Of a DNA stretch of 64,000 nt, positions 20,561 to 39,590 are shown one piece after another (within the stretch, counting starts at the first letter, position 1; the number at the start of each line of letters is the position of its first letter). The notes under the pieces are model-generated. The model had not been told where the DNA came from. It did not search any database and saw only the letters and a program-made list of their open reading frames with translations. Source of the DNA: the human T2T-CHM13v2.0 reference genome, Homo sapiens; assembly GCF_009914755.1 (NCBI RefSeq), contig NC_060925.1. One strand, written 5' to 3'. A program made the translations under genes and the position numbers.

Positions 20561-22039
20561 CACATTCTGGCTGCGCCACATCAAGGCTGTTGGAAGTCTC
20601 CAGAGCGGTCTCGGAGTTGTGTTTTTTTGGTCTTCAGCTGCTGCCAAGTGGCATGGATAATGAAGAGTTAAAATGTTATGCCTGGGGACTGACCTCCATT
20701 CTAGGTACTCATTCAAGAGTGGCTACAGGCCGGGCGTGGTAGCTCATTCCAGTAATCCCAGCACTTTGGGAGGCTGAGGGAGGAGGATTGCTTGAGCCTA
20801 GGGGTTCAAGACCAGCCTGGACAACATAGCAAGACCTCTGTCTTTACGAAAAATAAAAAGAAAACAGTTGGGCGTGGTGGCATGCACCTGTAGTCCCAGC
20901 AACTCCGGAGGCTGAGGTGGAGGATTGTTTGAGCCCAGGAGGTTGAGGCTGCAGTGAGCCGTGATTGTGCCATTCCACTCCACACTCCAGCCTGGGTGAC
21001 AGAGCAAGTTCCCATGTTTAAAAAAAAAAAAAAGAGAAGAAGAAAAAAAGCATGGCTATAATCGTGACTTGGCATTTCTGCACATAGACCAGACTGATGA
21101 TCACCTGAGCTATGTCTAATATTCTCTAAGCTGGGAGGTTTCAGCCTGAGGTTTGCATGTAGGTTAAGACTTTATGTAACTCTTGGGGAAGCTTCTGGGT
21201 TGGGTCAGAGGGCTGTGACCTCCTTCACCTCCCGGGGACCTTGCCTGCTCCCCTCCTGCCACCCTGGCACTCATCTGCAAGAGCTGTGTGGAATGGAGTT
21301 TACTTGCTATGAAATGACATGGCCCACTTTCTTCCCCACTGCCCAAGGTGAGGTTTATTAAGCTTGTGGCAGCAGGGAGCGTGCACCCTGGAGGAAGCAG
21401 GGGGCATCTCTACTAGGTCATTTTGGCCGTGACTTTGCCCCATTGATGGAACCAGGGCCGATCTCTTCTGCCACTCCAGACCTCCCCCTGCCCCTGTGAT
21501 CAAATGGGACTCGGTCTGTAGCACCCCTCGGCACTGGCCTTATGGTGAGGAGTTGTCACTGTGTTTCCGGTGACTTGTGATCCTTTCCTACCCAGATTAT
21601 TGGCTTCTTGTACTAGTGGTTCTTCTCAGCAACGTTCCCCTCTCTGCACCACACACACCCTAGGTAGACAGTGGGTGCTCCATAAACACTGGTTTTGCTC
21701 TCCTGAGTTGGTGGCCTGGAGGCTGGTGGTGCCATGGCAGGACAGAGGGCATCTCTAGCTGTGGCCAGCTGTTTGCAGACTGTTTCATAAAGGTCACACC
21801 AAGGAGACAAAGCGGCTTCAACCCATGGCTGCTGGGAGGGGCCTGGTGGAGCTGGCGAGGAACCCAGCACCCCTCTCTGCCCCTAGGCCTGGGCTCCACT
21901 TTCTCTCCTGATTTCGGCCCCCTTCTCTCCACCCTTGGCAGTTGGGGACCTTGAACTGACCAGTTCTCTCTCAAAGGATGGAGTTTTATGGTTGGGACTG
22001 GCTCCCTCCCAACTGCCCACGGAAGATTTGAACAAAGGA

Positions 22040-22471
22040 AATCACAAAAGCCATCTCTCTTTATTTTTCATTCCTGCCGTTCAACCAGTTTGTGCAAGCT
22101 GAGGATGAGTGGGTTTTGGAACGGGAGGCAGAGCATCTGGGGACAGACCCTCCTGGAAATGGTCTATGCACACTGCTGAGGCTGGTTAGACTTGAGAAGC
22201 AATTGACAATAAACTCTACAGAACTGGAAATGTTCAAAAGTGTCAAGGTGGCTTCTGGCTGTTTTCCTGCCTCCCTGTGGGGGTCAGTTATACCCATCAG
22301 TCCTGTGCAAAGGTCCTGGGACTGGCCCAGGGGCAGCCGGATTCTTCGCTGGGGACAGGAGCTGTCCTGCTCACCCAGCAGAAGCATGCCAATGGACAGG
22401 TGCTCGGGTGTGTGCCCAGGTGCTGTGGCCCCCAAACTCCGTGGCTCCTCAAGCATGTCTTCATCCTGTCT
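22040..22471 (-). other. DHRS3: DHRS3 3' UTR (about 430 nt; cleavage site approximate)
   Basis: Lies between the stop codon and the AATAAA signal, followed by a U/GU-rich stretch (ttttgtgatttcctttgtt on minus). Confidence 0.85.
22060..22065 (-). terminator. DHRS3: Polyadenylation signal AATAAA of DHRS3
   Basis: tttatt on the plus strand, about 410 nt after the stop codon, with a downstream U-rich element. Confidence 0.85.
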
Positions 22472-22556
22472 CTATGTCCGCCCTTTGAAAGTGTTCATGC
22501 AGGTGTAGGTTCCTGAGAATTTGTGGATCTCCTCGAGTGCAGCCTGTGGAAGTATG
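22472..22556 (-). CDS. DHRS3: DHRS3 last coding exon 6 (85 nt; [27 protein letters not shown]-stop)
   Basis: Polypyrimidine tract and ctccag|C acceptor; TAG at 22472-22474. Exons 2-6 total 714 nt, which with a 195-nt coding exon 1 gives the known 302-aa protein. Confidence 0.96.
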
Positions 22557-22738
22557 CTGGAGTAGGAGGAAGAAAAGAAGATAGCGATGGTTAGTGGGGC
22601 AGGATCCAGGGGCTGGGTCGCTGGTGGCCATGTGAGACGGGGCAGCAGAGGGCTGGTTCCTGAAAGTGCTCCCCACACCTCCAAGCCACACACCAGTTTC
22701 TCCCCAAACCCCCACCCTCCCCAGGGGAAGAGCTTTCA

Positions 22739-22909
<171 letters not shown>

Positions 22910-22944
22910 TTAGCTGGGCATGGTGGCATGTGCCTATAGTCCTA

Positions 22945-23088
<144 letters not shown>

Positions 23089-23348
23089 TCATGCCTGTAA
23101 TCCCAGCACTTTGGGAGGCCAAGGTGGGTGGATCACCTCAGGAGTTCGAGAACAGCCTAGCCAACATGGCAAAACCCTGTCTTTACTAAAAATACAAAAA
23201 TTAGCTGGGCGTGGTGGTGGGCACCTGTAATCCCAGCTACTCGGGAGACTGAGGCAGGAGAATTGCTTGACCTGGGAGGCGGAGGTTTCGGTGGGCCGAG
23301 ATCGCGCCGTTGCACTCCAGCCTGGGCGACAAGAGTAAAACTCTGTCC

Positions 23349-23400
<52 letters not shown>

Positions 23401-23504
23401 AAAATATATATTTTAAAAAGGCAGAGAGTGAGTGAGTGGTCAGAGCAAACTTTTTTTTTAATTTAAAATTTTTATCTTTTTCCTAGATCCTGAAACAGAG
23501 CTCA

Positions 23505-24099
<595 letters not shown>

Positions 24100-24203
24100 A
24101 AAAACAAATGATGGTTAGGTGCCACTAAGTAGGTGACAATGGCTTAATCTGTCTGTGCTCCTTGTCGAGGGGAGTGCTGACCTTCTCTCCCTTCATACAA
24201 CAC
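24100..24203 (-). pseudogene. U6atac snRNA retropseudogene with an internal deletion (probably RNU6ATAC18P; number from recall)
   Basis: Minus strand GTGTTGTATGAAGGGAGAGAAGGTCAGCACTCCCCTCGACAAGGA...TTAAGCCATTGTCACCTACTTAGTGGCACCTAACCATCATTTGTTTTT aligns to both ends of U6atac, with about 25 nt of the middle missing. Confidence 0.9.
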
Positions 24204-25584
24204 ACTTTCAAAACCAGGCTCTTAGCATCTTGGTGCCCACAGGCAGCTCAGAGATCCATCGATCCCAACTGCCCCTGATTCCACAAAGATGACGGTGTGG
24301 ATCTGAGGAATCAGGTTCGATTTGGGTGTCACATCCTCTGGGGAAGCGTCCTGGGCTCACCTTCAGGCTTCTCCTCGTACAACCGGAGTTCCGACGCTTC
24401 CCCAGCAAGCCCTGGTGTAGTCCCCACCCGTTTACTTGTCAAGCCTGTGGGGGCCTTCATGGCGGGTATTTCATCTCTGATCCCCAGGCCCTCACATGGG
24501 CCCGGCACAGAGAGGGCCCTCAGGCTGTTTGGTGACTCAAACTGAAGGGTCCTGGCCCACTCTAAGTACAAGATGAAAAGGGTTCACTTCCAGCTGGAGC
24601 AATCTGGAAGGCTTCCTGGGGGTGGTGGTATTAGAGTTGAGCCTTGCTTTCTCCTGGGGAAGGTGAGGAGGGATGCAGTTCAGAGAATGGGGAGCGGGGT
24701 GGCTCCTGCTTCCTGTTCAAAAGTAGTTGTGGGGAAGGTTGGAAAATGAAGGCTGAGGGCTTACTGTGGAGAGCGCTGAGGTGTTCTAGACCAACTTTTC
24801 TCTAGAAAGCTCTGGAAGTCTTCTAAGAAGCTCCCCTGAGGTGGAGGGTGGCAGCCTGACCTCAGTGAGGACCTGAGCCCCTGATCAACTAGGGGCTCCT
24901 AGAGACGGCTGAGGAGCATCTCAGACCCGAGGTCAGGATGGACTGAGGGAGGCCGAGGTGTGGCCTGGATGCCCCTGGGTGCCCCCTTCCCTGTGCCTCT
25001 GAAAGGGCTTTGAGTTTGGGGAAGAGAGGGCTGATCGGGCTTGCGCCTCAGTTTCGAGGTTTCTGTGCCCTGCATGTGTTGGGGCAGCCCCTCAGCTGGG
25101 GCTCACCATGTCCCAGCAGCCAGGGCAGAAGTTGGCTTTCCTGGGAGTGCATGTTGCATGAGAGCAGGGGCCAGCCTGGCACTTGGGGGCTTACCTTCCT
25201 GAAAAGGACTTCCAGGTCAGAGGGGCTCAGTCAGGAGGGGGCCAGAGCCCCAGGGGAGCCAAGAGCCCATGGTCACTTGTGGCACCAGGGACAAGGATCT
25301 CCTGCTGTACTAAGAGGCCCAAGAAAACTGAGTGTGGGACTGGGATGGGAAGGATTTGCTGCACAAAGCCTGGAAAGTTCTAGGGGAATAGGATGCCAGG
25401 CAAATTCTGGAGGAGGAGTCTCTCATTTATAAAGCCTGCCTCCCCAAAGTGGTCTGCCCTGCTACATCCCACCCGACTGGTACTAAGACGCTTCTGTGAA
25501 TTCTGAGCCCTTGGCATCAAGATCCCCATGTTCCCTCTAATAGTAAACTTCCTGAGGGCAGGGGCTATGTCCAATAGGCTGTAG

Positions 25585-26729
<1,145 letters not shown>

Positions 26730-26859
26730 CCCACAGTAAGTACAGTACATCAGCAGCAAATGTGCCAGCACTCCTCATGCTCATGCCCGCAGCAGACATG
26801 ACTAATAGATCACATGCGTACTTTCCCCTGACCCAGAGTGTTCTTTCCCAGCCCCATAC

Positions 26860-26985
26860 CTTTTCAAGATAACGAGGGCATGCATTGTCCATGGGAGGAG
26901 GAGGAGGGCCTGGTTGAGCTGCACAGCTTCCACTGTCCTCCGGGCCACCGTCTCCGGCTTCAGTGGGGGAAAGAGGTTGGGAAAC
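26860..26985 (-). CDS. DHRS3: DHRS3 coding exon 5 (126 nt; [42 protein letters not shown])
   Basis: Acceptor gtgttcag|G, donor AAAAG|gtatgg, phase 2-2, continuous frame with exons 4 and 6. Confidence 0.96.
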
Positions 26986-28299
26986 CTGAACACAGGAAGA
27001 GACACAGTGGGTTTCTCCTGGAGAGGCATGTGCTTATCTGGAAGTCTTTATGAGGCTGACATGTCTGGGTCACCCTTTGGCTTTTCCTGTCTGAGAGATT
27101 CGAGGCCTGCTTGGAATACTCCCTCTACCCCACACCCATCCAGGTGCCACATTCCCTCACTCCTCCAGGCACACAGGGGTCTCTTCTTGAGTCAAGGACT
27201 TCTAGCCCACCCACTGGGGACCCACTCTCCCAAGCCCTCCAAGGGCTCCCAGTGCCCTAGGGCTTGGCCTTTCCATGGCCCTGCGTAATCTGGGCCCTGG
27301 TTGTCCTTCTGAGTCCTTTTCCCTACACTCTGCTCCTTCAGGACAGGCCCATTTCTGTTCTTGTCACATCACATGCTCGGGTCAGGGCTTTTTGCCAGCT
27401 CTCTCAACAGCCTGGCTCTCTCCTCCCAGCTCCTCCTTTGGGAGACATTTCAGGCCAGTCCATCCAAAGCGACCTCTGATCCTGTCCCCTGCTAATTTCC
27501 TTGACCGCGTTCACCCCACCTAGGAAGACCTTGCTTTTTGGGTTGTTTCCTTGTCAGTGGCCTGTCTCCGCCATCAGGCAATGAGTTCCATGAGGGTGGA
27601 GGCCTGGTCGGTCCTGCTCCCCTGCATCTAGCACAGCATCTGATACATAGTATGTGCTCAATAAATACTTGAAGGACTGAACACACTGATGACTTGCTGC
27701 TTCCCAAATGTGTCCTGCTCATTCTGTCTGGAGGCAGGGGCTTGGCTAGCGATGGCTGGGGCTCAGCTTGCTGGTTCACTAACTCACTCACTGATTCATT
27801 GATTCAAAGATTTGCACAGTGCTTTCCATGGGATCTCAAAATGAATGAATGAATGATTGCATAAGCAAACATCAGGGGCTTCTCATGACTATTTAAAAGC
27901 ATCTGACCCTAGATCCAAACAATGATGATGTTCCCTACGTGCCAGACTCATGTACAAATTATTCTCCTGATTTACAGATAAGGAAACCGAGGCTGTATTG
28001 AGTCAGTAGGGCGCTAAGGATTCAAACCTGGCCAATGCTCTATCACCTTTGCTCACTGCTCTTCCTGCCCTTCCTGGATCTATAGGTGCAGGGCTCATGT
28101 TGCTGGCTCTGACCCCAATCCCACAAAGAGCTTGTGATCCGCTCTGGCACCAGGAAGATTAAGGGTGATGAATCACCCAGGTTTGATGTCATTCCTCAGC
28201 AACAGGCAGCCCTTGGACTCCCAGCAGGGGTTTGGCCTCAGAGGGTACATGAATCTTACCCCCTGCCCTGTAATTCCTTTGTCATCACAATGATGATTC

Positions 28300-32752
<4,453 letters not shown>

Positions 32753-32849
32753 ATTTTTATATCAGAGCTCTTTCTGCAGTTGGCTGACTGAATGGCTTGG
32801 GGAGGCAGGTGAGAAGGCTGGTCTCAAGGTGGGTCCCCTGCTCACTGAC

Positions 32850-33088
32850 CTGACTCTCATGCCCTGGAACATCTCGGTGCTGGTGTGGAAGGGCAGCACT
32901 GTGGTGGCGCTGACTCCCGGACAGTCCAGCAGCCCCAGGGTCAGGCTCTCCATGAAGGCGAAGGCTGACGCTTTGGATGTGCAGTAGTCGATGGCACCGG
33001 GGATGGCAGACAGTGCCAGCACGGAGTTGAGGCACACGATGTGGCCATTCTGCAGCTCCAGCATACGCGGCAGGAAGGCCTTGGTGGT
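32850..33088 (-). CDS. DHRS3: DHRS3 coding exon 4 (239 nt; [22 protein letters not shown]...DYCTSK...MFQGMRVR) with catalytic S175, Y188, K192
   Basis: YxxxK motif (YCTSK) and upstream catalytic Ser. Acceptor ccctcag|ACC, donor AG|gtcagt, phase 0-2. Confidence 0.97.
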
Positions 33089-33155
33089 CTGAGGGCAGAT
33101 GGGGTGTCAGGGTGGAGCAGCTGCAGCTCTGACAACCCCTCCACCTTTCTTTCGG
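33089..33155 (-). ncRNA. MIR6730: microRNA hairpin miR-6730 (5'-tailed mirtron ending at the intron 3 acceptor)
   Basis: The minus strand has AGAAAGGUGGAGGGGUUGUCAGA (33150-33128) and CCUGACACCCCAUCUGCCCUCA (33111-33090), matching recalled miR-6730-5p/-3p. The arms pair (GAGGGGUUGUCAG with CUGACACCCC) and the 3p arm ends at the AG acceptor. Confidence 0.9.
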
Positions 33156-33424
33156 GGAGAACAGCCCACCCCGGACACACATGATGCTCTAGGGCCCGAG
33201 CCTTCCTGCGAGGGAGAGGGCCGAGGGCTCCCTGCCCCAGGACACCGAGCATATTTCACAAAGTCTGATGTGTCCTAGAGCTGGTCATTCGTCTTGTCTG
33301 GCCACCTTGTTCGTGGACATCCCTGCTGGCCTGAGCCCAAGCCCTGGCAAATCATCCCCTCCCCTCCATCCTGCCTGGGCTCCCTGCACGCCCGGGGCTG
33401 GCTCTGGCCCCGGATAGCCCTTAC

Positions 33425-33938
<514 letters not shown>

Positions 33939-34654
33939 TAAGTGAACGAGTAATTTCTGAGTCCATTTATGATCAATCAATTGATGTGTTATTTACAAGT
34001 TTTTCTTAGATATTCCTTCCCGCAGGCCACTTTCTGCCAGCCTAGTTCCAGTTATCCTGCATACATAGAGGCCCAGCAGCCACCTGGCCGTACCACCAGC
34101 AGCCACAGGGCCTGGGGAAGAGAACTGCGTCTCTGAGCGCCAGTCTTGATTTGTGAGATGGGGCTAATGCCGCACCAGGACTGTTCTGAGGAGGAGAAAT
34201 AATTTATGGCACACACCGTACCTGGCACACAGCATATTTATAATAAATGAGTTTACTGCGACATAAAAACAGTTAACATTACCACGTGCCAGACAGTCAG
34301 GGTGGGTTTCCCTCTCTTGGAGGTCACTGATATATTTAGCCCAAACAGATGACTGGAGTCAGAAGGATTTTCCCAGAGGCCAATGGGACATTTGCCCCGC
34401 CACAGTCCTGGAGAGAAACCCACACGGTCTACATTTCCAAGGGAACAACAGATGATTACGCCTGTTACGTAATCAACCCTAATCCCTGCCTATGTAACTG
34501 GGGCCAGCTTCATGGGAGAGTCCCCAAAGGTGCCCCGGGCAAAGCCATTCTGCCATAAGCAGAGCTCTCTTCCAGGCCACATGAGAATGTTCTCTTTGCC
34601 CGGAATTAGCCTGTGGTCAGCTGTGCTAGGAATAGACCCTCCCAGGCTACAGAC

Positions 34655-34798
34655 CTTCTCCCGGACGGCCTTGGCCGTCTGGTACACCTCCTCCCGGTTG
34701 CCCACATCACAGATGAAGTAATGGCACTCAGTGCCCATCTGCCGGATCTCCTCCGTCGTCTCCTTCAGGCATTTCTCAGTCCGGCCCCAGAGAACAAT
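34655..34798 (-). CDS. DHRS3: DHRS3 coding exon 2 (144 nt; [48 protein letters not shown])
   Basis: Translation matches the recalled DHRS3 protein. Acceptor ttcttccag|ATT at 34799/34798, donor AAG|gtctgt at 34655/34654, phase 0-0. Confidence 0.97.
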
Positions 34799-34945
34799 CT
34801 GGAAGAAGATAATAACAACGCAGAACAAATGGTCATTAAGCCACAGTGATGCAACAATTGCCACCAGAAATTCAGGATTTAAAGTCATTTGTCTTGAAAT
34901 GACTGGCCTCCCTGGTTCCACCCAAAGATAAAGAATACAACATAG

Positions 34946-35258
<313 letters not shown>

Positions 35259-36870
35259 AACAATATAACTTTTTAAAGGGATATGATCTACTTTTAAGTG
35301 AACCAGTAGTTTCTGAGCCCACTTATGATCAATCAATTGATGTGTATTTACAAGTTTTTCTTGTATATTACTTTTAGCAGGCTGCCTCCTGCCAGTGCAG
35401 TTCATTTCCTGTAAATGTAGAGGCAACAGCAGAGCTCTTTATGCACAATGCTCCAGAATGCTCTCCATTAGGAATCAGCTGGCTTCACCGATTAGGTCTA
35501 GAGCCAGGATTATTAAGACCAGCTGGTAGCATAGATGGGACCATTCCAGCCTCAAGGTTCACAGGAGCTAAGCCGAGCCTCCCATCTAGCTTCAGTCACT
35601 CCCCTAAGGATATTCTGGAAGGGCAGTGACGAGGCTGCCACTGAGAAGGAAGCATGGCCTCACCCGGCAGGTAACAAACATGGACTCATTACGCCAGAAG
35701 GTGACCTTGGCAGGACCACTGAGGGTTTGGGCAAATTTATGAATGGCCAGCCCATAAAAGGCTCAGAAGAGAAGCCTGGCTAATTCTTAACCTTGACCTA
35801 ACGGAGGACGACGCACCTCCCCACGATGTGTCACTGGGGTCAGTGAGGCCTCTGTTGGTAAAAGGGCCTGGAGTCGGATGACAGGGGGACCAAGAGCCCT
35901 AACTAAGAACCAGCTTCACCAGCACAGAGGGAGAAAGGCAGGGGGCTGAACACCGCCCAGAGGTCAGAAGCAGAGACAGGAAGAGCCGAAAGGGTTTTGG
36001 GAATTCGTCCGGTGGGCTTCTATTTTTGTTTCTTTTCTCTTTTATTTAAGACTATCAGTGAAATTCCCCCTTAAAAAATATCCAACGTGGAAACCCCAAC
36101 GCGTGAAACCTAGAAAAGGAATAAAACACCTGACTCCATAATATTTTCTTACTCTAAAGGTTGCTAATGAGAACAAAATGGCTGCTTTGGGAAGGTAAAC
36201 ATTTTAAACTGGGGGTTACAGATGGCGGCTCCAATGACATCAGACCCAGATCCAACTGATTTCTCTATTTTGCTTTGTTACACGGTATAGAGAAAAGTCA
36301 CATTGATAAGGAGTTGCTAATGGTAACCGTTTATCCGCTGCTCACCTTGAAATCTCAAGACTGTCACTTAAGCAGAGAGGGCACAAAACAGGCCTAGCTG
36401 GCGGCTCTCAGAAATTCCGGTATTCTCCAATGGAATCGATTTTTTAAATTAGAGTTTTAAAAGCTTTCAAAATATTTTACAAAAAAATAAGTGTTCTCTA
36501 AAGCCCAGTTTGAAAACCCCACTTAGTCTAGCCACTTTATTTTAATTAAGGTCTTGAAATACAGGAAGGGCTTAACAAGTGGGTCCCGTCAGTTCCTCTC
36601 AATGACGGTACAAGTCCTTCAAAGGCAGATGGACTGCAATTAAACAGGCTCCAAGGGACACTTTCTTGTCTGTTGAACTAAAAACAGAATGTGTTCCTCC
36701 AGGAGAAGCTGGGAGGTTCAGTTCATGGAAAAGAAAAAAGACAAACATTTGTTCCAGGCAGGCAATTTGGTGTAGGCCTCCTCCACTCCTCTGGACCACC
36801 CCCCGCCTTGCCTTGCAGCCATTGTCATCCAGGTTCCTTTATTCCTCCCTTATCATCCTGTGTATACAGC

Positions 36871-38112
36871 CACCCATCCATCTATCTGTCCATCCGTCCA
36901 CTCTCCCGTTCACCAGTCCATCCATCTATCCACCACACTTCATCCATCCATCCCTCCCTCGTCTACCCAACTCCATCCATCCATCCATCCATCCATCCAT
37001 CCATCCCTCCCTCCCTCATCTACCCTACTCCATCCATCCATGCATCCATCCATCCACTTACCCACCCCACTCCATCCATCCATCCACTCACCTACTTCTC
37101 CACCCATCCATCCATCTATCCATCCCTCACCTACCCCACTGTACCCACTGTACCCACTCACCTACCCAACTCCATCCACTCATCCACTCACCTACCCCAT
37201 TCCATTAATCTGTCCACTCACCTATCCCACTCCATCCATCCATCCATGCATTCATCCACACACCTACCCTACTCCATCCATCCACTCACCCACCCCACTC
37301 CATCCATCCATCCACTCACCTGCTTCTCCACCCATCCATCCATCTATCCATCCCTCACCTACCCCACTGTACCCACTCACCTACCCAACTCCATCTACCC
37401 ATCCCCTCACTTACCCCATTCCATTAGTCTATCCACTCACCTACCCTACTCCATTCATCCATCCATCCATCCATCCATCCATCCACCCACCCATCCATTC
37501 CTCACCCACCCCACCCCATCCATCCATCCATCCATCCACTCACCTACTTATCCATCCATCCATCCATCCATCCATCCACTCACCTACTTATCCATCCATC
37601 CATCCACCCATCCACTCACCTACTTATCCATCCATCCATCCATCCATCCATCCACCCATCCATCCCTCACCCACCCCACTCCATCCACCCATCCATCCAC
37701 CCATCCATCCACTCACCTACTTATCCATCCATCCATCCATCCATCCATCCATCCATCCATCCATCCCTCCCTCACATACCCCACTCCATCCATCCATCCA
37801 TTCATCTGTCCATCCATCCATCCACCCATTCATCCACTCACCTACCCTACTCCATCCATTCATGCATCCATCCATGCACTCACCCACTCCACTCCATCTG
37901 TCCATCCATCCATGCATCCATCCATCCCCCCACCCATCCCTCATCTACCCTACTCCATCTATCCAACCATCCACTCACCTACTCCACTTCATCCATCCAT
38001 GCATTCATGCATCCATCCATCCATTTACTCACCTGCCCAATTCCATTCATCTATCCATTCATCCACCCACCCACCCACCCACCCATCAGCCCCACTGCAC
38101 CCATCCATCCAT
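36871..38112. repeat. About 1.2 kb degenerate (CCAT)n/(ATGG)n simple repeat with higher-order subunits
   Basis: ccatccatcc arrays with recurring ccactcacctacccaactccatc blocks. Confidence 0.95.
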
Positions 38113-38967
38113 CTGGTTTCTGAGTATGTCAGCCCAAGGGGTAGGTAATCATTGGTTTCCATTCTTCTGTTCTGGTCCCTGCCTAACCCCATCCTACCTC
38201 TGGCTCCTATGTGTAACAGGACCATGGGGCTTGCACAGTCCCCTGGGGTCTGGCTGAGGTAGGGAGAGGTGCCTCTGGGGGCCCTAAGAATTGCTGGGCA
38301 AATTGACAGAGAGGAAAGCTTAAAGCTGGGGGCTTGCAGGAAGGTATAGGGTTCAGATGTCCGTGGAGACAAGTGGTCACCCCAGCACTGTTGACCTAGC
38401 TGGAAGACCACCCTGGAGAGGAAGTGGAGCAGGGCTGAGGGAGAAGGAATGAAGGCTGTCTCCCACTGTCTTCCGTGGGCCAGGAAGCCCCCCAGGCAGG
38501 GCCCTAACACTTGGCTGTTTCCTTTCAAGGGTCTGTTGAGGGTGCCCCAGGCGGGCTGGGGAACCGGCCTCACCTCTCCCTGGCACCATGATAGGTTTGC
38601 CTTTCTGCCTCCTCACCCCCCCACCCCCCAGGCCCCAATTCTATCCCGTTCACATCCCAGTGCCCAGCATAGCACATTCTGTTTGTTGAATGAATGAATG
38701 AATGAATGACAGTTCAGGTACACAGGTGGACGGGGAAGGGAGGTGTTTTAACTTCTGTAAGAGGAGAGACCACCCATCCCCTTGGCTAAGCCATTTAGGG
38801 CCCCAGAACCTTCCACTCAAGTCTACCTGGGCGCCCCAGAGCATCAGCACCTTCCTGGCCGGGCCTTGGGTGAGGAGCAGCTTTCACAGGGCAAGGCTTC
38901 GGTCTCAGACGGAGGTGAGGCTCTGGCTGCTGTGCGCATGCCCTGCTGAGCATCCCTGTGCCAGGCT

Positions 38968-39590
38968 CTGTGTGTTTTTGTAACTGGGTTTCTGTAGTAT
39001 GTCTCTGTAAGTGTGTGTGTGTGTGTCTGTGTGGGTCTCTATGAGTGTATCTGTGAGTGTGTCAGTGTGTCTGTCTCTCCGTGTGTCTGTGGGTGTCTCT
39101 CTGTATGAGTGTATGTGTCTGTGGGTGTGTGTCTGTGTGCATCTCTGTGTGTGTGTGTGTCTCTGTGTGTCTGAGTGTGTGTCTCTGTGAGTATGTGTGT
39201 GTGTGTCTGTGGGTGTCTCTCTGTGTGAATGTATGTGTCTGGGTGTCTCTGTGTGAGAGAGAGTGTGTGTGTGTCTCAGTGTGTCTCTGTGTGTCTGTGG
39301 GTGTCTGAGTGTATGTTTCTGTGTGTGTGTGTGTCTGTGTATCTCTGTGTGTCTCTGTGAGTGTGTGTCTCTGTGTGTGTGTGTCTATGTGAGTGTGTGT
39401 CTCTGTGTCTCTGAGTGTGTGTCTCTCTGTGTCTGTGTGTGTCTCTCTATGTGAGTGTATGTGTCTGTGTGTCTCTATGTGTCTCTGTGTGTCTGTGTCT
39501 CTGTGTGAGTGTGTGTCTGTGTCTCTGTGTGAGTGTGTGTCTGTGTGTGACTGTGTGTGTGAGTGAGTGTGTAGCCATGTGTGCTGTTGT
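38968..39590. repeat. Compound (GT)n/(GTCT) low-complexity repeat
   Basis: Seen directly. Confidence 0.95.

Noticed and set aside
36666-38257. Long ORFs of 485 aa and 465 aa rich in H/P/S/I
   Set aside because: Translation of the stop-poor (CCAT)n repeat; no coding signature.
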